From Spirochaetota bacterium (GTDB taxonomy: Bacteria; Spirochaetota; UBA6919; CBDBPB01): 64,000 bases of DNA. Below are positions 1 through 9,838 of this stretch, in pieces. The position numbers and the translations under genes are program-made. Where the stretch lies: NCBI GenBank assembly GCA_965208615.1, contig CBDBPB010000003.1, positions 1 through 64,000 on the forward strand. Direction: 5' to 3'. The notes beneath the pieces are model-generated. The model did no database searches. It had not been told where the DNA came from and saw only the letters and a list, made by a program, of their open reading frames with translations. The first letter of the stretch is position 1. Each line of letters starts with the position of its first letter.

Positions 1-7
1 GAATAAT

Positions 8-643
8 ATGATTAAAGTCTGTATAGTAGAAGATGTAAAGCATATTAGAGATAGTTTAAGCTATTTACTTGATACCTCTAAAGAAATAAAAGTAATAGGC
101 TCTTATGACTATGCAGAAAAGCTGGTTGATAAATTAAATAATTCATTGGTTCATCCGCATATAGTTCTAATGGATATAAAGCTTCCTGGCATAAGCGGTA
201 TAGAGTGTACCAGTATAATTAAAAAGCTTTTTCCATCAATAGAAATAATGATGTTGACCGTATTCGAAGACGAAGAAAAAGTATTTGACTCTATAAAAGC
301 AGGTGCAACAGGATATATACTAAAAGATACTCCCAAACATGGTCTAATAAAAGAAATTATAGAGTTAAGAAAAGGTGGTTCTCCAATAACTCCAAGAATT
401 GCTAGGAAAATATTTCATGAACTTAAAGGAAGCTCAACTAATAACTTGGAATATAAATTATCCAATAGAGAAAAAGAAATACTAAAACATATTATAACTG
501 GAGAAACTTATCAGGATATAGCCGATTCAATAAATATAAGTCCCAATACTGTAAGAAAGCATATACAAAATATTTATCAAAAACTTCATGTATCCTCTAA
601 GGCAGAGGTAGTCGCCAAAGCCATTAACGAAAAATTAGTATAA
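8..643 (+). CDS. NarL/LuxR-family response regulator (REC + LuxR HTH)
   Basis: IVEDV...VLMDIKLPGISGIE receiver motifs; C-terminal LSNREKEIL...ISPNTVRKHIQNIYQKLHV HTH. Confidence 0.95.
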   Translation: MIKVCIVEDVKHIRDSLSYLLDTSKEIKVIGSYDYAEKLVDKLNNSLVHPHIVLMDIKLPGISGIECTSIIKKLFPSIEIMMLTVFEDEEKVFDSIKAGATGYILKDTPKHGLIKEIIELRKGGSPITPRIARKIFHELKGSSTNNLEYKLSNREKEILKHIITGETYQDIADSINISPNTVRKHIQNIYQKLHVSSKAEVVAKAINEKLV

Positions 644-875
644 TAAAAGATTAATATAGTAAAAGATATATAAGTTAGGGGTTATTATAGTTACTAGTCT
701 ATTTATTATATAGCATAGTAATTGGGGTGATATTTTTGTTCTTTTTGCAATTAAACTAAATTAAAATAAAAAAGAACTAAATAAATTTAAACTTTTTTTG
801 GATAATCTAAGTAATCTAACTTTTTATATATTAGATTACTTTTATAAGCATATTCCCAAAGAGGAGATGATATAT

Positions 876-1931
876 ATGGCACGAGCTGGTGCAACACAAA
901 TGTCGAACAGAGGAGGAAGCACTCCAGGTAAGAGACAGCTTAGTGGAAAACAAAAAGCCGCAATATTTTTAGTAATATTAGGTCCTGAAGTATCCGCTAG
1001 CGTATTTAAGTGTTTAAAAGAAGATGAGATAGAGCAGTTAACCTTTGAGATAGCTAGAATAGATAAAGTTGAACCAGCAGAAAAAGAAAAGGTTTTATCA
1101 GAGTTTCAAGAACTTATGATGGCTCAGGAGTTTATTACATCTGGTGGTATAGACTATGCCCGAGAAGTTTTAGAAAAAGCATTGGGTTCTCAAAAGGCCT
1201 CGGATGTTATTAGTAGGCTGACATCATCTATTCAATCAAGACCTTTTGATTTTGTTAGAAGGACTGATCCAGCTCACCTTTTAAACTTTATACAGTCAGA
1301 GCATCCACAGACAATAGCATTAGTTTTGGCTTATTTAGAGCCGCAAAAGTCATCCATGATATTAAGTGCACTGCCTCAAGAGATCCAGGCAGATGTTGCT
1401 AAGCGAATAGCCACTATGGATAGAACATCTCCTGATGTACTTAGGGAGGTAGAGCGTGTATTAGAGCGAAAGCTGTCCACTCTTGCGAGTGAGGACTACA
1501 CATCAGCAGGAGGTATAGACACTATTGTAGAGGTTCTTAATCTTGTGGATAGAGGGACTGAGCGAAATATAATAGAGGATTTAGAGGATGAGGATCCTGA
1601 GTTGGCCGAGGAAATTAAAAAGCGTATGTTTGTATTTGAGGATATTGTTCTTTTGGATGATAGATCTATACAAAAGGTATTAAGAGAAGTTGATGGTCAA
1701 GAGTTGGCACGAGCCTTAAAAGCGGTTGATAGTGAAGTTCAAGATAAAATATTTAGAAATATGAGTAAGAGGGCATCATCTTTGCTTAAAGAGGATATGG
1801 AGTTTATGGGTCCTATTCGTCTTAAGGATGTGGAAGAGGCACAACAAAAGATAGTTGGTATAATTAGGAAGTTGGAAGAACAAGGTGATATTGTTGTTGC
1901 AAGGCCAGGAGAAGATGAACTGGTAGTATAG
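876..1931 (+). CDS. fliG: Flagellar motor switch protein FliG
   Basis: LSGKQKAAIFL, GGIDYA, EHPQTIAL, MFVFEDI, MGPIRLKDVEEAQ motifs. Start moved to ATG 876, downstream of GAGGAG (861-866). Confidence 0.97.
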   Translation: MARAGATQMSNRGGSTPGKRQLSGKQKAAIFLVILGPEVSASVFKCLKEDEIEQLTFEIARIDKVEPAEKEKVLSEFQELMMAQEFITSGGIDYAREVLEKALGSQKASDVISRLTSSIQSRPFDFVRRTDPAHLLNFIQSEHPQTIALVLAYLEPQKSSMILSALPQEIQADVAKRIATMDRTSPDVLREVERVLERKLSTLASEDYTSAGGIDTIVEVLNLVDRGTERNIIEDLEDEDPELAEEIKKRMFVFEDIVLLDDRSIQKVLREVDGQELARALKAVDSEVQDKIFRNMSKRASSLLKEDMEFMGPIRLKDVEEAQQKIVGIIRKLEEQGDIVVARPGEDELVV

Positions 1932-2406
1932 ATTAGTTTATTATATGCTAATTTTGTTAGTGAAGGTTTTGGTAGTTTACTTTTTATAATTGTTGTTTAC
2001 TCATAGGGGATTAGGTATACTTTTTTGAAGTTTTACACATAACGTCAACATGTAATATTTAAATAATCCGCTCTACGCCTTTATGGAACTGCAAATTCGT
2101 TAACACTTAATAAGGGTCTATAATCCTTAGTCTCAGTAAGGGATTCTTAATAGCTCTCGTAATGATGACTACTTGCATAAAAAGTGATATTTTGTGTTAA
2201 TTACTAAGGCATTTAAACAGCACTTAAAGAGCATATAGGGATAACCTGCTTGACACAGGAAAATAACTTTTCCATGAATATCTTAACTTTCCTGTTCCAC
2301 AAAGAGATATAAAATACATCTGCCTTTACGTTATATGTCTTCATTTTGCCTTGTATCCCTCGTCATAACTTTGTCATAAAATGACAACTGAATTATTAAA
2401 TAATAT

Positions 2407-2961
2407 CCCTTTAACCTTAACAAAAAATAAATATACTTACTCGCCTGACTTAAAGTCTAAGCGTACAAGTTTATATGCATGTCTATTGTCAACAACCTAA
2501 ACTTGATGAAGTATCCGTTATACTAAACCATAAAAAAGAAAAACTATATTCCCCTTAGCCTTAACAAAAAATAAATATACTTATTGACCTGACTCAAGGT
2601 CTGAGCGTACAAGTTTATATGCATGTCTATTGTCAACAACCTAAACTTGATGAAGTATCCGTTATACTAAACCATAAAAAAGAAGAGCCGTCCTCCCCTT
2701 AATTTTAACAAAAAAATAAACTATATTTACTAACTTTACTCAAAGTCTAAGCGTACAAGTTTATATGCATGTCTATTTTCAACAACCTAAACTTGATGGA
2801 GTGCCTGTTATACTAAACCATAAAAAAGAAAAGCTATATTCCCCTTAGCCTTAACAAAAAATAAATATACTTACTCGCCTGACTCAAGGTCTGAGCGTAC
2901 AAGTTTATATGCATGTCTATTGTCAACAACCTAAACTTGATGAAGTATCCGTTATACTAAA
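2407..2961. repeat. Tandem array of 4 imperfect ~144 bp units; inverted homolog of the 3' end of the 3181-4740 gene
   Basis: GCGTACAAGTTTATATGCATGTCTATT recurs at 2461, 2605, 2751 and 2895 (periods 144, 146, 144). The reverse complement matches 4679-4795. Confidence 0.93.
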
Positions 2962-3051
2962 TTATTACATATTATGTATAGGTATGCCAATTGGGAATAT
3001 TAAAACCTCTTATTAAAATATAGCTATCCCCTTTGAAATAGGTTTAAGTAC

Positions 3052-3095
3052 TTTTTTTAGTTGTATTTTTCTTTGAGATTGATTACCTTATAGTA
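3052..3095 (+). promoter_or_regulatory. Putative promoter motif shared with the LRR lipoprotein gene
   Basis: TTGTATTTTT...GATTAC.TTATAGT; the same motif with the same spacing occurs at 6424-6467. Confidence 0.5.
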
Positions 3096-3180
3096 GATTT
3101 ATTTTTAAATGATATAGCTTTATATGCGTTGGCCTATTAGAGCTTAACGTTTTAAGCTAAAAAAAACAATAGGGGGAATT

Positions 3181-4740
3181 ATGAAAAAAGTATTATTTAT
3201 TTTAGCAATTTTAGTTTTATTAATAGAATGCAAACAAGTAAATGGATTCTTTGTAAAAGCTTTAAAAAAAAGGTGAAAAGCGTACTACTAAAAATGGGAA
3301 ATCCTGGAATACTGCCTTTAGTGATCTACAAAAGGCTATTAATAAAGCCTCAGAAAAGTTTAAGTCTAGTAAAAAACCTGTTAAGGTATATGTATCAAAA
3401 GGAACTTATAAACCTACTAGTCATCCAAATGGTGGTAGTGGTGATCGTAATAAGCATTTTGCCTTAAAGAATGGTGTAGAGGTTATTGGTGGTTATAAAG
3501 GTGAAAAGCTTGATGAGTCTAACGATCCTGAACAATATAAGACTATTCTAAGCGGTGATATCGGAATAGTGGGCGATGATAGTGATAATGTCTATCATGT
3601 TTTTTATCATCCGGGTGATAAAGAAGACAAAGCAAAGTTAAATAACTCAGCAAAGCTAGGCGGCTGTTACTATTACCAAAGGTAATGCTGATAGTGATAA
3701 TGATCCCCATAATACAGGAGGGGGCATGTATAATAATAATAGCTCTCCCTATTTAAATTATGTGGCTTTTAACTAGTAATACGGCAGAGGGCGGAGGGGG
3801 CATGGCTAATTGGGATAATAGCTCTCCAACGTTAACAACTGTGACTTTTACTACTAATACGGCTAGCTGGTTCGGAGGGGGCATGTATAATGAGAATAAT
3901 AGCTCTCCAACGTTAACAACTGTGACTTTTACTACTAATACGGCTAAATACGGAGGGGGCATGCTTAATAAGGAAAGCTCTCCCACTTTAACAAATGTGG
4001 AGTTTAATAGTAATAAGGCCAAACTCGGAGGGGGGCATGTATAATAAGGATAATAGCAAGCCAAAGTTAACAAATGTGACTTTTACTACTAATACGGCTA
4101 ACTGGATCGGAGGGGGCATGGTTAATTGGAAAAGCTCTCCCACTTTAACAAATGTGACTTTTACTAGTAATAGGGCAAAGGGCGGAGGGGGCATGTATAA
4201 TGAGAATAATAGCTCTCCCACTTTAAAAGATGTGACTTTTGATAGCAATGAGGCTAAGCAATACGGAGGGGGCATGTATAATAGTGATAATAGCAAGCCC
4301 ACTTTAACAAATGTGACTTTTACTAGTAATACGGCCGAGGGCGGAGGGGGGCATGTATAATTATAATAGCTCTCCCACTTTAAAAGATGTGACTTTTACT
4401 ACTAATACGGCTACTAAAGGAGGGGGCATGCATAATTGGGAAAGCTCACCCACTTTAAAAGATGTGACTTTTAACTAGTAATACGGCTAATAGGTACGGA
4501 GGGGGCATGGTTAATTGGGGTAATAGCAAGCCCACTTTAGATAATACGGTGATTTTTAATAAAAACATTGCTGGTAGCATTGAAGATAAAAAAGAAGGAA
4601 AAGGCGGGGCTATTTATAATTATTCCTCAAGCATAACAGGCACTCCAAAGTATGGAACGGGTACTAATGAAAATAAAAAGGTTGTCTTACAGGGTAATAC
4701 ATATAAACTTGTAAAGTCAAACCTTGAGTCAGGCCAGTAA
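3181..4740 (+). pseudogene. Right-handed parallel beta-helix (Pmp-like GGGMxN / FxxN repeat) surface lipoprotein, broken by several frameshifts (possibly assembly errors)
   Basis: RBS AGGGGG then MKKVLFILAILVLLIEC; GKSWNTAFSDLQKAI...VYVSKGTYKP motif in a shifted frame; about 11 repeats of GGGMYNxxSSPTLTNVTFTxNTA; ORF fragments 3760-4044, 3995-4360, 4507-4740. Confidence 0.8.
3715..4545 (+). repeat. Intragenic ~75-81 bp tandem repeats encoding beta-helix coils
   Basis: GGAGGGGGCATG...AGCTCTCC...TGTGACTTTTACTA unit recurs about 11 times. Confidence 0.9.
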
Positions 4741-4768
4741 GTATATTTATTTAGTCCGTTAAAATTAA

Positions 4769-4792
4769 GGGGAGCATAGCTCCTCTTTTTTT
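4769..4792 (+). terminator. Rho-independent terminator
   Basis: GGGGAGC-ATA-GCTCCTC followed by a T7 tract, between convergent genes. Confidence 0.8.
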
Positions 4793-4807
4793 ATTAGATT
4801 AGTAATT

Positions 4808-6248
4808 CTACTCTATAGAACTCTTTAGCCTATCCATCCTATCCTTATCAAGCTCTATATATATGGTTTTAATAGCTGAAACCTGTACCTCACCAGGGGG
4901 AGAGCCTTTCCTTTTTGATATGTTCTTACGTTTGGTATATATTACCTCTCCCTTCTGACTGAGCTTTGCTTTACTATAATTAAGGGCTAGAGTTGCCGCA
5001 TCAATAAGTGTTTGCTGTTCTATATCCTCATCCTTGCCCAATGGTACTACTACATGAGAACCAGAATAGTCCCCTAATATGTAACCACATATCCCCTACC
5101 TTTGGCTATAGAAAAGCTTAGCTTATCATTATCCTTATTCTTTTTGCCTACCAATATACGTTTGCCTGTAGAAGATATAAATACCCTATACGGATAAGAG
5201 ATTGTTGGCTTTAGCTTTTTAGTACCTTGTTTTAAGGTAGCCAGTTTTTTAATAGGAGGTTCATCTTTGTGGTTTAGAAGAAAGTCATCTAACTGTGTCA
5301 AACTATTAACACCTTCAAAAGTGCTATATATCCTTTGTATTTTTATCATAATCCTCTTTAGCAGACTTAAACCATAGTTTCAATATGTGTTAGCCCTGAC
5401 TTAAGTTTTTTAGCCTTTTTAAAATAGTGATTTAAATTATCCGACGGCTCTTTCTTAGGATCAAGGTCTATCTTAATATAAGACCCGTCATTATTAAAGT
5501 AGTTCATAAGAGATATATTATTAAGTCCCCTTTTTAGCTGATACAGATTAGCTTTTAATAACTCCCCCTGTTGTTGATAGTCTATCCACTTACTACACTG
5601 TGTTTTTTGCTTATTAAGATTATCCAATAGGCTAAGGCTCTTCTTGATAGCCTTTTTTAAATAGCTATCTATCCTGCAAAAGTTATCCTTATACCCTTTA
5701 GACCCTATAACTTTATTATAATGCTCTTCTATGCTTTGATTATAGAGCTTATCCTTTTCTTCTGGTATACATGTTTTGGGTACATAGTCTGATTTGTTAG
5801 GCGGTTTATATATACTAGCAATAATCCCTAACTCTTTATTCAGGTTATACATTATAACTTTGTTTATGTCGAGTAGGAGTATATCTTTTTGCTTTCCTAT
5901 CATCTCTATGATAAGGTAATAGGTTATTTCATTCTTTATAACAGTAAATTCTATTATCCTGTCATTATTTAGCTGGCGTATATCCCTTATGACAGCATTT
6001 TCTATATGTTTTCTAAGATAGAGCAGTATATTAGAGTTGTTAGCTTGGGATCTCAGATTTTTATTGCTTATATGTATTCTCATTTCACTATGTTTTAGTG
6101 ATATTAATAAATTAGTATTTTGTTTATGATACAGCTTTAGTACAAATGTATGGTGGTCTATTTCTATTATTTTCCTTATTTGCGATGGTATAATTAGTTT
6201 TTTAAGTTCATTTATGACTTTGTTTATTTCTATGTTATTAAGGGACAT
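4808..6248 (-). CDS. rqcH: NFACT/RqcH (FbpA-like) ribosome quality-control protein, split by 2 frameshifts
   Basis: N-terminal LRKHIENAVI..IRQLNNDRIIEF; GELLKANLY; IDLDP....NLNHYFKKAKK; ILVGKKNKDNDKL; C-terminal DAATLALNYSK...VIYT..KNISKRKGSPPGEV, across three ORFs. Confidence 0.88.
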
Positions 6249-6423
6249 AATTCATGCTCATACTAATATTTGTTTAAAATCTATAATAAATAACTTTAGC
6301 AGTCAACTTATTTACCCTAGTCGTTAATAAATGTTAGGTATAGTCAATTCGTTATACGAACTATGGTATTTAGACCTTATAACTAATTCAATAGGTTGCT
6401 CTATGTAAAATAGATTAATAGTT

Positions 6424-6467
6424 TTTTTTTAATTGTATTTTTGTTAAGAATAGATTACTTTATAATA
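6424..6467 (+). promoter_or_regulatory. Putative promoter motif shared with the beta-helix gene
   Basis: TTGTATTTTT...GATTACTTTATAAT, with a perfect TATAAT at 6461-6466. Confidence 0.55.
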
Positions 6468-6501
6468 AGTCTTAATTAATTATAGTCATTTTGGAGGGAA
6501 T

Positions 6502-8607
6502 ATGAAAAAGGTATTTTTTATTTTAGCAATCTCTATTTTAGGTTTATCCATAGGCTGTGGAGAGAAGAAGAATGATTTATCCTGTAAACTTGCAGGTAAT
6601 TGTCCAGATGAAACAAAAAAGTCACCAGAAGACAGACTAAATGAGGCAACTCAAAGACAAACAAAAGCACAACTAGAGGTGAATACATTAACAACAAATC
6701 TATCAACAGCACAAACAGAACTAACAGAAGCACAAAATCTACCTCACAGTGCAACAAAGCAACAAACAATAGATAATGCACAAAAAGAAGTAGATAGATT
6801 AACAAAAGAGTTAGAGCTAGCAAAAGCAGAGCTAACAAAAGCTAAAAAAGCAGTAGAAGAGGCACAAAAAGAAGTAGATAAAACAGCAAAAAAGGTATGT
6901 AGAATAGTCAAAGATACAGCTGATCGTTTTAGAGTGATAACATGCCATTCTGATGCTACTACAGAAGCTACTTGTAATACTAAAAAGACCCAAGCTACAG
7001 CGGCTGGGGATAAAAATGTACAATCAGAGCTTGTTAATGAGGGGCAATGTTCATCTTTTAATGGTTATACCGCAAAACAACGAAAAGATGCAGTTGATTG
7101 GGTAAATAAAAAGCTTGGAACAAGTTATACGGTTAATGATATCCCTAATATAACTAAGCTTATTTTATCAGCCAAACTAACTAGTGATAATGATCATACC
7201 AACTTTGCTAAGCATATTGGTGTTTTTACAGGATTGACTAGTCTTGATTTAGATAATAATCAGCTAAGCTCATTACCAACCTCGATTGGCAACTTAACAA
7301 ACTTGGAGGTGCTTGATTTAGATAATAATCAGCTAAGCTCATTACCAACCTCGATTGGCAACTTAACAAACTTGGAGGTGCTTGATTTAGATGATAATCA
7401 GCTAAGCTCATTGCCAAGTAGTATTAGCAAATTAACAAACTTGAGGTGGGTTATTTTAGAGGATAACAAGCTAAGCTCATTACCAACCTGGATTGGCAAA
7501 TTAACAAACTTGAGGCAGCTTTATTTAAATAATAATAATCTAAGCTCATTACCAACTGAGATTGGCAACTTAACAAACTTGACAAGACTTGGTTTATCTT
7601 CTACTAATCTAAGCTCATTACCAACCTCGATTGGCAACTTAACAAACTTGAAGTGGCTTGCTTTACGTAATAATAATCTAAGCTCATTACCAACCTGGAT
7701 TAGCAACTTAACAAACTTGGAAGAGCTTTATTTAAGCAGTAATAATTTAAGTTCATTACCAACTGAGATTAACAAGTTAAAAAAGTTGTTTAATCTTGAT
7801 TTAAGGTCTAATCCTCTTGCTACTAATGAGGTAGAGAAAAAGAGGATAAAAACTCTTTTACCTCATTGTAAGGCACCTAGTTGTAGTATCACATTTTTTA
7901 ATGGTTATGCAACACAACAACGAAAAGATGCAGTTGATTGGGTAAATAAAAAGCTTGGAACAAGTTATACGGTTAATGATATCCCTAATATAACTAAGCT
8001 TATTTTATCAGCCAAACTAACTAGTGATGATGATCGTACTAAGCTTGCTAAGCATATTGGTGTTTTTACAGGACTAACATATCTTAGGTTGGATAGTAAT
8101 GGGCTGACCTCACTACCAGATAGTATTGGTAATTTAAAGGAATTGATGCTCCTTGAGTTACACCGTAATCAGCTAACCTCATTACCAGATAGTATTGGTA
8201 GTTTAAAAAAATTAAAAAAACTTATTTTGAGTGCCAATAACTTAAGCTCATTACCAAATAGTATTGGTAATTTATCAAATAGTTTGGAGGGACTTGCTTT
8301 AAGAAATAATAAGCTAACAGAGCCAGGTAGTATTAGTATTATTGGTAAGTTAACAAAGTTAACTGAACTTAATTTTCAAAATAATGGGTTAAAAGCCTTA
8401 CCAGATAGTATTGGTACGTTAACAAAGTTAATATGGCTTAATTTATCTGTTAATGAGTTAACCTCGTTACCAAGTAGTATTGTTAATTTGAAGGACAATT
8501 TAAAGACTATTCTTTTATCAGAGAACAATATTTCTGAAGATGAAAAAGGTAATATAAAAACACTTTTACCTAAAACTTCTATTGATTATACCAATACGAA
8601 TCCATAA
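6502..8607 (+). CDS. Leucine-rich-repeat lipoprotein (coiled coil + two LRR blocks)
   Basis: Lipobox LSIGC; 23-aa LxxLxLxxNxLSSLPxxIGNL repeats; duplicated cap FNGY...KHIGVFTGL. Confidence 0.93.
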   Translation: MKKVFFILAISILGLSIGCGEKKNDLSCKLAGNCPDETKKSPEDRLNEATQRQTKAQLEVNTLTTNLSTAQTELTEAQNLPHSATKQQTIDNAQKEVDRLTKELELAKAELTKAKKAVEEAQKEVDKTAKKVCRIVKDTADRFRVITCHSDATTEATCNTKKTQATAAGDKNVQSELVNEGQCSSFNGYTAKQRKDAVDWVNKKLGTSYTVNDIPNITKLILSAKLTSDNDHTNFAKHIGVFTGLTSLDLDNNQLSSLPTSIGNLTNLEVLDLDNNQLSSLPTSIGNLTNLEVLDLDDNQLSSLPSSISKLTNLRWVILEDNKLSSLPTWIGKLTNLRQLYLNNNNLSSLPTEIGNLTNLTRLGLSSTNLSSLPTSIGNLTNLKWLALRNNNLSSLPTWISNLTNLEELYLSSNNLSSLPTEINKLKKLFNLDLRSNPLATNEVEKKRIKTLLPHCKAPSCSITFFNGYATQQRKDAVDWVNKKLGTSYTVNDIPNITKLILSAKLTSDDDRTKLAKHIGVFTGLTYLRLDSNGLTSLPDSIGNLKELMLLELHRNQLTSLPDSIGSLKKLKKLILSANNLSSLPNSIGNLSNSLEGLALRNNKLTEPGSISIIGKLTKLTELNFQNNGLKALPDSIGTLTKLIWLNLSVNELTSLPSSIVNLKDNLKTILLSENNISEDEKGNIKTLLPKTSIDYTNTNP
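7057..8073 (+). repeat. Near-identical intragenic duplication (7057-7233 and 7897-8073) flanking 69-bp LRR tandem repeats
   Basis: CGAAAAGATGCAGTTGATTGGGTAAATAAAAAGC... is identical at 7081 and 7921 (offset 840). Confidence 0.92.
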
Positions 8608-8643
8608 TATTAAGTTTATTTTTAGGCAGCCCTTTACTTGGTG

Positions 8644-8660
8644 TACTCCCTTTGGGAGTA
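8644..8660. terminator. Hairpin between convergent genes
   Basis: TACTCCC-TTT-GGGAGTA perfect inverted repeat; no clear U tract. Confidence 0.5.
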
Positions 8661-8677
8661 TGCCATTTAGCTATGGC

Positions 8678-9757
8678 TTACTCTAACAGGGATAATATAA
8701 TATTGTGTGCTTCTTTTCTAAATATAGCCATATCCGCAAGACTGTCTTTATACGACAGATATGATCGATTAGATAATAGAGCTATCCCCATTAGTTTATT
8801 TGGGTCTATCCAGAATGATGTACCTGTAAACCCTGTATGACCAAATGACTTATCACTAAACATACAACCACATGGACTATTATTATTATCCTTAAGTTGG
8901 AATCCAAGTCCACGGGGTAGTACATTATTTGTATGATTTTTGGTCATAAGGTTTATGGTATTGGGGGATAGTATTATTTTGTTATTGTACGTACCTTTAT
9001 TTACTATCATATTCATGTATATGGCAATGTCATAGGCGGTTGAGAACAGTCCTGCATTACCCCCTATACCATTAAACATATACGAGTTGTCATCGTGAAC
9101 CTTACCATGAATTATGTATTTTCTATATTCAGACTCCCCACTGGGGACTATATTATCCCTTAGGCTGTCTGGAGGATTAAAATAGCTATTAGCCATATTA
9201 AGGGGATCAAATATCCACTTTTTAGCAAGGACATCCAATGGCATAGAGGTTATTTGTTCAATGATCAGCTTTAGTAAAATAAATCCCATACAGCTATAAA
9301 CCACTTTACTATTTGGTCTATCTTCGAGGGGTAAAGATAATAGAGTACTAATCCCATAGTCTATTGGCATATTTTCATTATAAAGGTTATGCCATGCTGG
9401 TAGGCCAGATGTATGAGTTAACAGCTGTTTTATGGTTATCTCGTTTTTATATGGTATTTTAAACTCGTCAAAGTAAATGGATATTTTATCATCCAGCTTT
9501 ATTTTACCTTTTTCATAGAGCATCATGATTATAGTACTTGTGATTATGGGTTTGGTTAGCGAGGCAACATCAAATATACTATTTTTAGTTAGGGGTATAG
9601 ATTGCTTATATCCAAAGGCGTTGTGGAGTATTATATAGTTATTTTGTATGGCCATAACCTCAATACACGTAAACAGTCTATTGTTTATGGCATCACTAAT
9701 TAGCTTGTTTAATAAGCTTAGTTTGTTTTTATTAAAGGATATATTCGTTGTTAGCAT
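8678..9757 (-). CDS. Serine hydrolase, beta-lactamase class C / AmiE-like family
   Basis: FDVASLTK (SxxK), LLTHTSGL, YSCMGF, GKVHDDN, FGHTGFTGT. Confidence 0.92.
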   Translation of the reverse strand: MLTTNISFNKNKLSLLNKLISDAINNRLFTCIEVMAIQNNYIILHNAFGYKQSIPLTKNSIFDVASLTKPIITSTIIMMLYEKGKIKLDDKISIYFDEFKIPYKNEITIKQLLTHTSGLPAWHNLYNENMPIDYGISTLLSLPLEDRPNSKVVYSCMGFILLKLIIEQITSMPLDVLAKKWIFDPLNMANSYFNPPDSLRDNIVPSGESEYRKYIIHGKVHDDNSYMFNGIGGNAGLFSTAYDIAIYMNMIVNKGTYNNKIILSPNTINLMTKNHTNNVLPRGLGFQLKDNNNSPCGCMFSDKSFGHTGFTGTSFWIDPNKLMGIALLSNRSYLSYKDSLADMAIFRKEAHNIILSLLE

Positions 9758-9838
9758 ATATCGCTATTATCAATTTCATTTAAAATGAAGTATATCCTCA
9801 TTTAAGCCTATATTCCCTTGTAGGTATTTCGCTTATTT

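Noticed and set aside
2407-2961. CRISPR array
   Set aside because: Units are ~144 bp and similar along their whole length, with no unique spacers and no cas genes in the window.
3228-3467. 79-aa ORF as an independent gene
   Set aside because: It is an off-frame reading of the beta-helix gene's N-terminus; the family motif lies in another frame.
3753-4302. Minus-strand Pro-rich repeat ORFs
   Set aside because: Antisense shadows of the GGGMYN repeats.
2407-4795. Diversity-generating retroelement TR/VR pair
   Set aside because: Mismatches between the array and the gene end are not confined to adenines, the copies are inverted, and no reverse transcriptase is present.
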